From assembly GCA_964202905.1 (NCBI GenBank), contig CAXNJO010000003.1, positions 512,001 to 576,000 on the forward strand: 64,000 nucleotides of DNA, read 5' to 3'. How positions within the stretch are numbered: the first letter of the stretch is position 1; each line of letters starts with the position of its first letter. Source of the DNA: Polyangiales bacterium. Lineage in GTDB: Bacteria; Myxococcota_A; Polyangia; Polyangiales; JADJQN01. Made by a program: the position numbers and the translations under genes. This document shows, piece after piece, positions 62,964 to 64,000 of the stretch. The notes below the pieces were generated by a model. The model saw only the letters and a program-made list of their open reading frames with translations. It had not been told where the DNA came from and did no database searches.

Positions 62964-64000
62964 ATGGTCGCGGCTTCACACGTGCTGAGTGCGATCCACG
63001 TCCTGCGCTCGCTTCGTGTCCCTGCAGGGGCCCTCGCCGCGTCGCTGCTCCTCGCGGCGTGCAGCGATGCGGGGCCTGCGGCGTGGCGCGTGCGGTTCGC
63101 CGAAGGGAGCGCCCCCCGCGGGACCGTCCTCGTGCACGGCGAGGTTCGCGAAGGCGGGTGCGACGGCCGTGTGCGCTTCGCGACCGACGTGCGCAGCGGG
63201 GGGCCCGACGGGATGTCGCCGGGCGCGCTTCCCGCCGGACGGTACGGCTTCCACGCAGAGGCACGCACAGCGAATTGTGAAGTGATCGCGGAGGGTTGCG
63301 CCGAGGTGACGCTGCCCACCGACGGCGCGATCGTCGTCGTGCTCGATGGGAGCGCGCGGCGCGCAGCGTGCACGGCGGATTCTTGCCGCGACGGCGTCTG
63401 CGCCACGGCCGACATGGGCACCGACGCAGCCGCCGGCGACGCGGGGCAGGACGACGCGGGGCAGGACGACGCGGGACCGCGCGACGCCGCGGTCGATGCA
63501 GCGACCACCGATGCGGGGGAGCGCGACGCCGCGGTCGACGCCGCGACCACCGACGCGGGCCCGCCCGACACGCGCGTCGTCCGCGCGCTCGCCGCCGGCG
63601 CGCTGCACACCTGCGCCCTGATGGGTGACGGGACCGTGCAGTGCTGGGGCTACGCGGCGATGCTGGGCCGCCGCTACACCGAGTACGAGTTGGCAACCCT
63701 CACGGACGGCCTCGCAGCGATCGTCGCGGTGCCGGGTCTGCCCCCTGTGCAGGCGATCTCGGCAGGTACGTTTCACACCTGCGCGATCACCGTCGCGGAG
63801 GGTGCCGTGTGGTGTTGGGGATCGGACAACAACGAACGCCAGCTGGGAGATCCCGACCTCGGGCCCGAGACGTTCTGCACCTGCAGCGAAGCCTGCGACT
63901 GCACCGGTTCCGTCATCCGCGCGGCCATCCCACCGAGCGAGCTGCCCGCGGTGTCGATCGCAGCCGGGCGTTCTCACTCTTGCGCCATCGTGAATGATGG
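62964..64000 (+). CDS. RCC1-repeat lipoprotein (runs off window)
   Basis: Manual translation is open to the window end: lipobox LAAC, DAG-rich linker, AAGALHTCALMGDGTVQCWG, SAGTFHTCAI...VWCWG, AAGRSHSCAI. Missing from the ORF track. Confidence 0.88.
   Translation, partial: MVAASHVLSAIHVLRSLRVPAGALAASLLLAACSDAGPAAWRVRFAEGSAPRGTVLVHGEVREGGCDGRVRFATDVRSGGPDGMSPGALPAGRYGFHAEARTANCEVIAEGCAEVTLPTDGAIVVVLDGSARRAACTADSCRDGVCATADMGTDAAAGDAGQDDAGQDDAGPRDAAVDAATTDAGERDAAVDAATTDAGPPDTRVVRALAAGALHTCALMGDGTVQCWGYAAMLGRRYTEYELATLTDGLAAIVAVPGLPPVQAISAGTFHTCAITVAEGAVWCWGSDNNERQLGDPDLGPETFCTCSEACDCTGSVIRAAIPPSELPAVSIAAGRSHSCAIVND

Noticed and set aside
62195..63977. Minus-strand ORFs of 333-471 aa
   Set aside because: Shadows of the oxidoreductase and RCC1 genes on the plus strand.

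Overview
Chromosomal window from a very GC-rich myxobacterium. Gene content (PEGA, RCC1, vWA/thrombospondin-3 lipoproteins, three Ser/Thr kinase-fold genes, class II DAHP synthase) suggests Polyangia/Sandaracinaceae-like, but this is an inference and the 16S was not searched. It contains a complete minus-strand rRNA operon (16S, tRNA-Ile, tRNA-Ala, 23S, 5S) with three tandem promoters. Housekeeping genes include bioB, an AspC-like aminotransferase, cyoE-sco, tmk, astA, dtd, ccsA-hemA-hemC, trxA, dut and rpsO-pnp, alongside many envelope and signalling genes. No CRISPR array, integrase or transposase was seen. The most notable items are: (1) three tandem beta-integrin-like vWA/TSP3 lipoprotein paralogs, two with near-identical flanks around divergent cores, with sigma54-like promoters; (2) an orphan SctP/FliK-like plus SctQ/FliN-like gene pair with a strong in-frame internal RBS+ATG before the C-terminal SpoA domain; (3) an orphan PhoB/OmpR-type regulator with Glu at the phospho-Asp53 position, divergent from a TPR-GT41-methyltransferase-like fusion; (4) a zinc-ribbon pseudokinase gene with a locatable 1-nt frameshift. 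All calls come from reading motifs by eye; no database searches were run, and start codons and RNA ends are best estimates.
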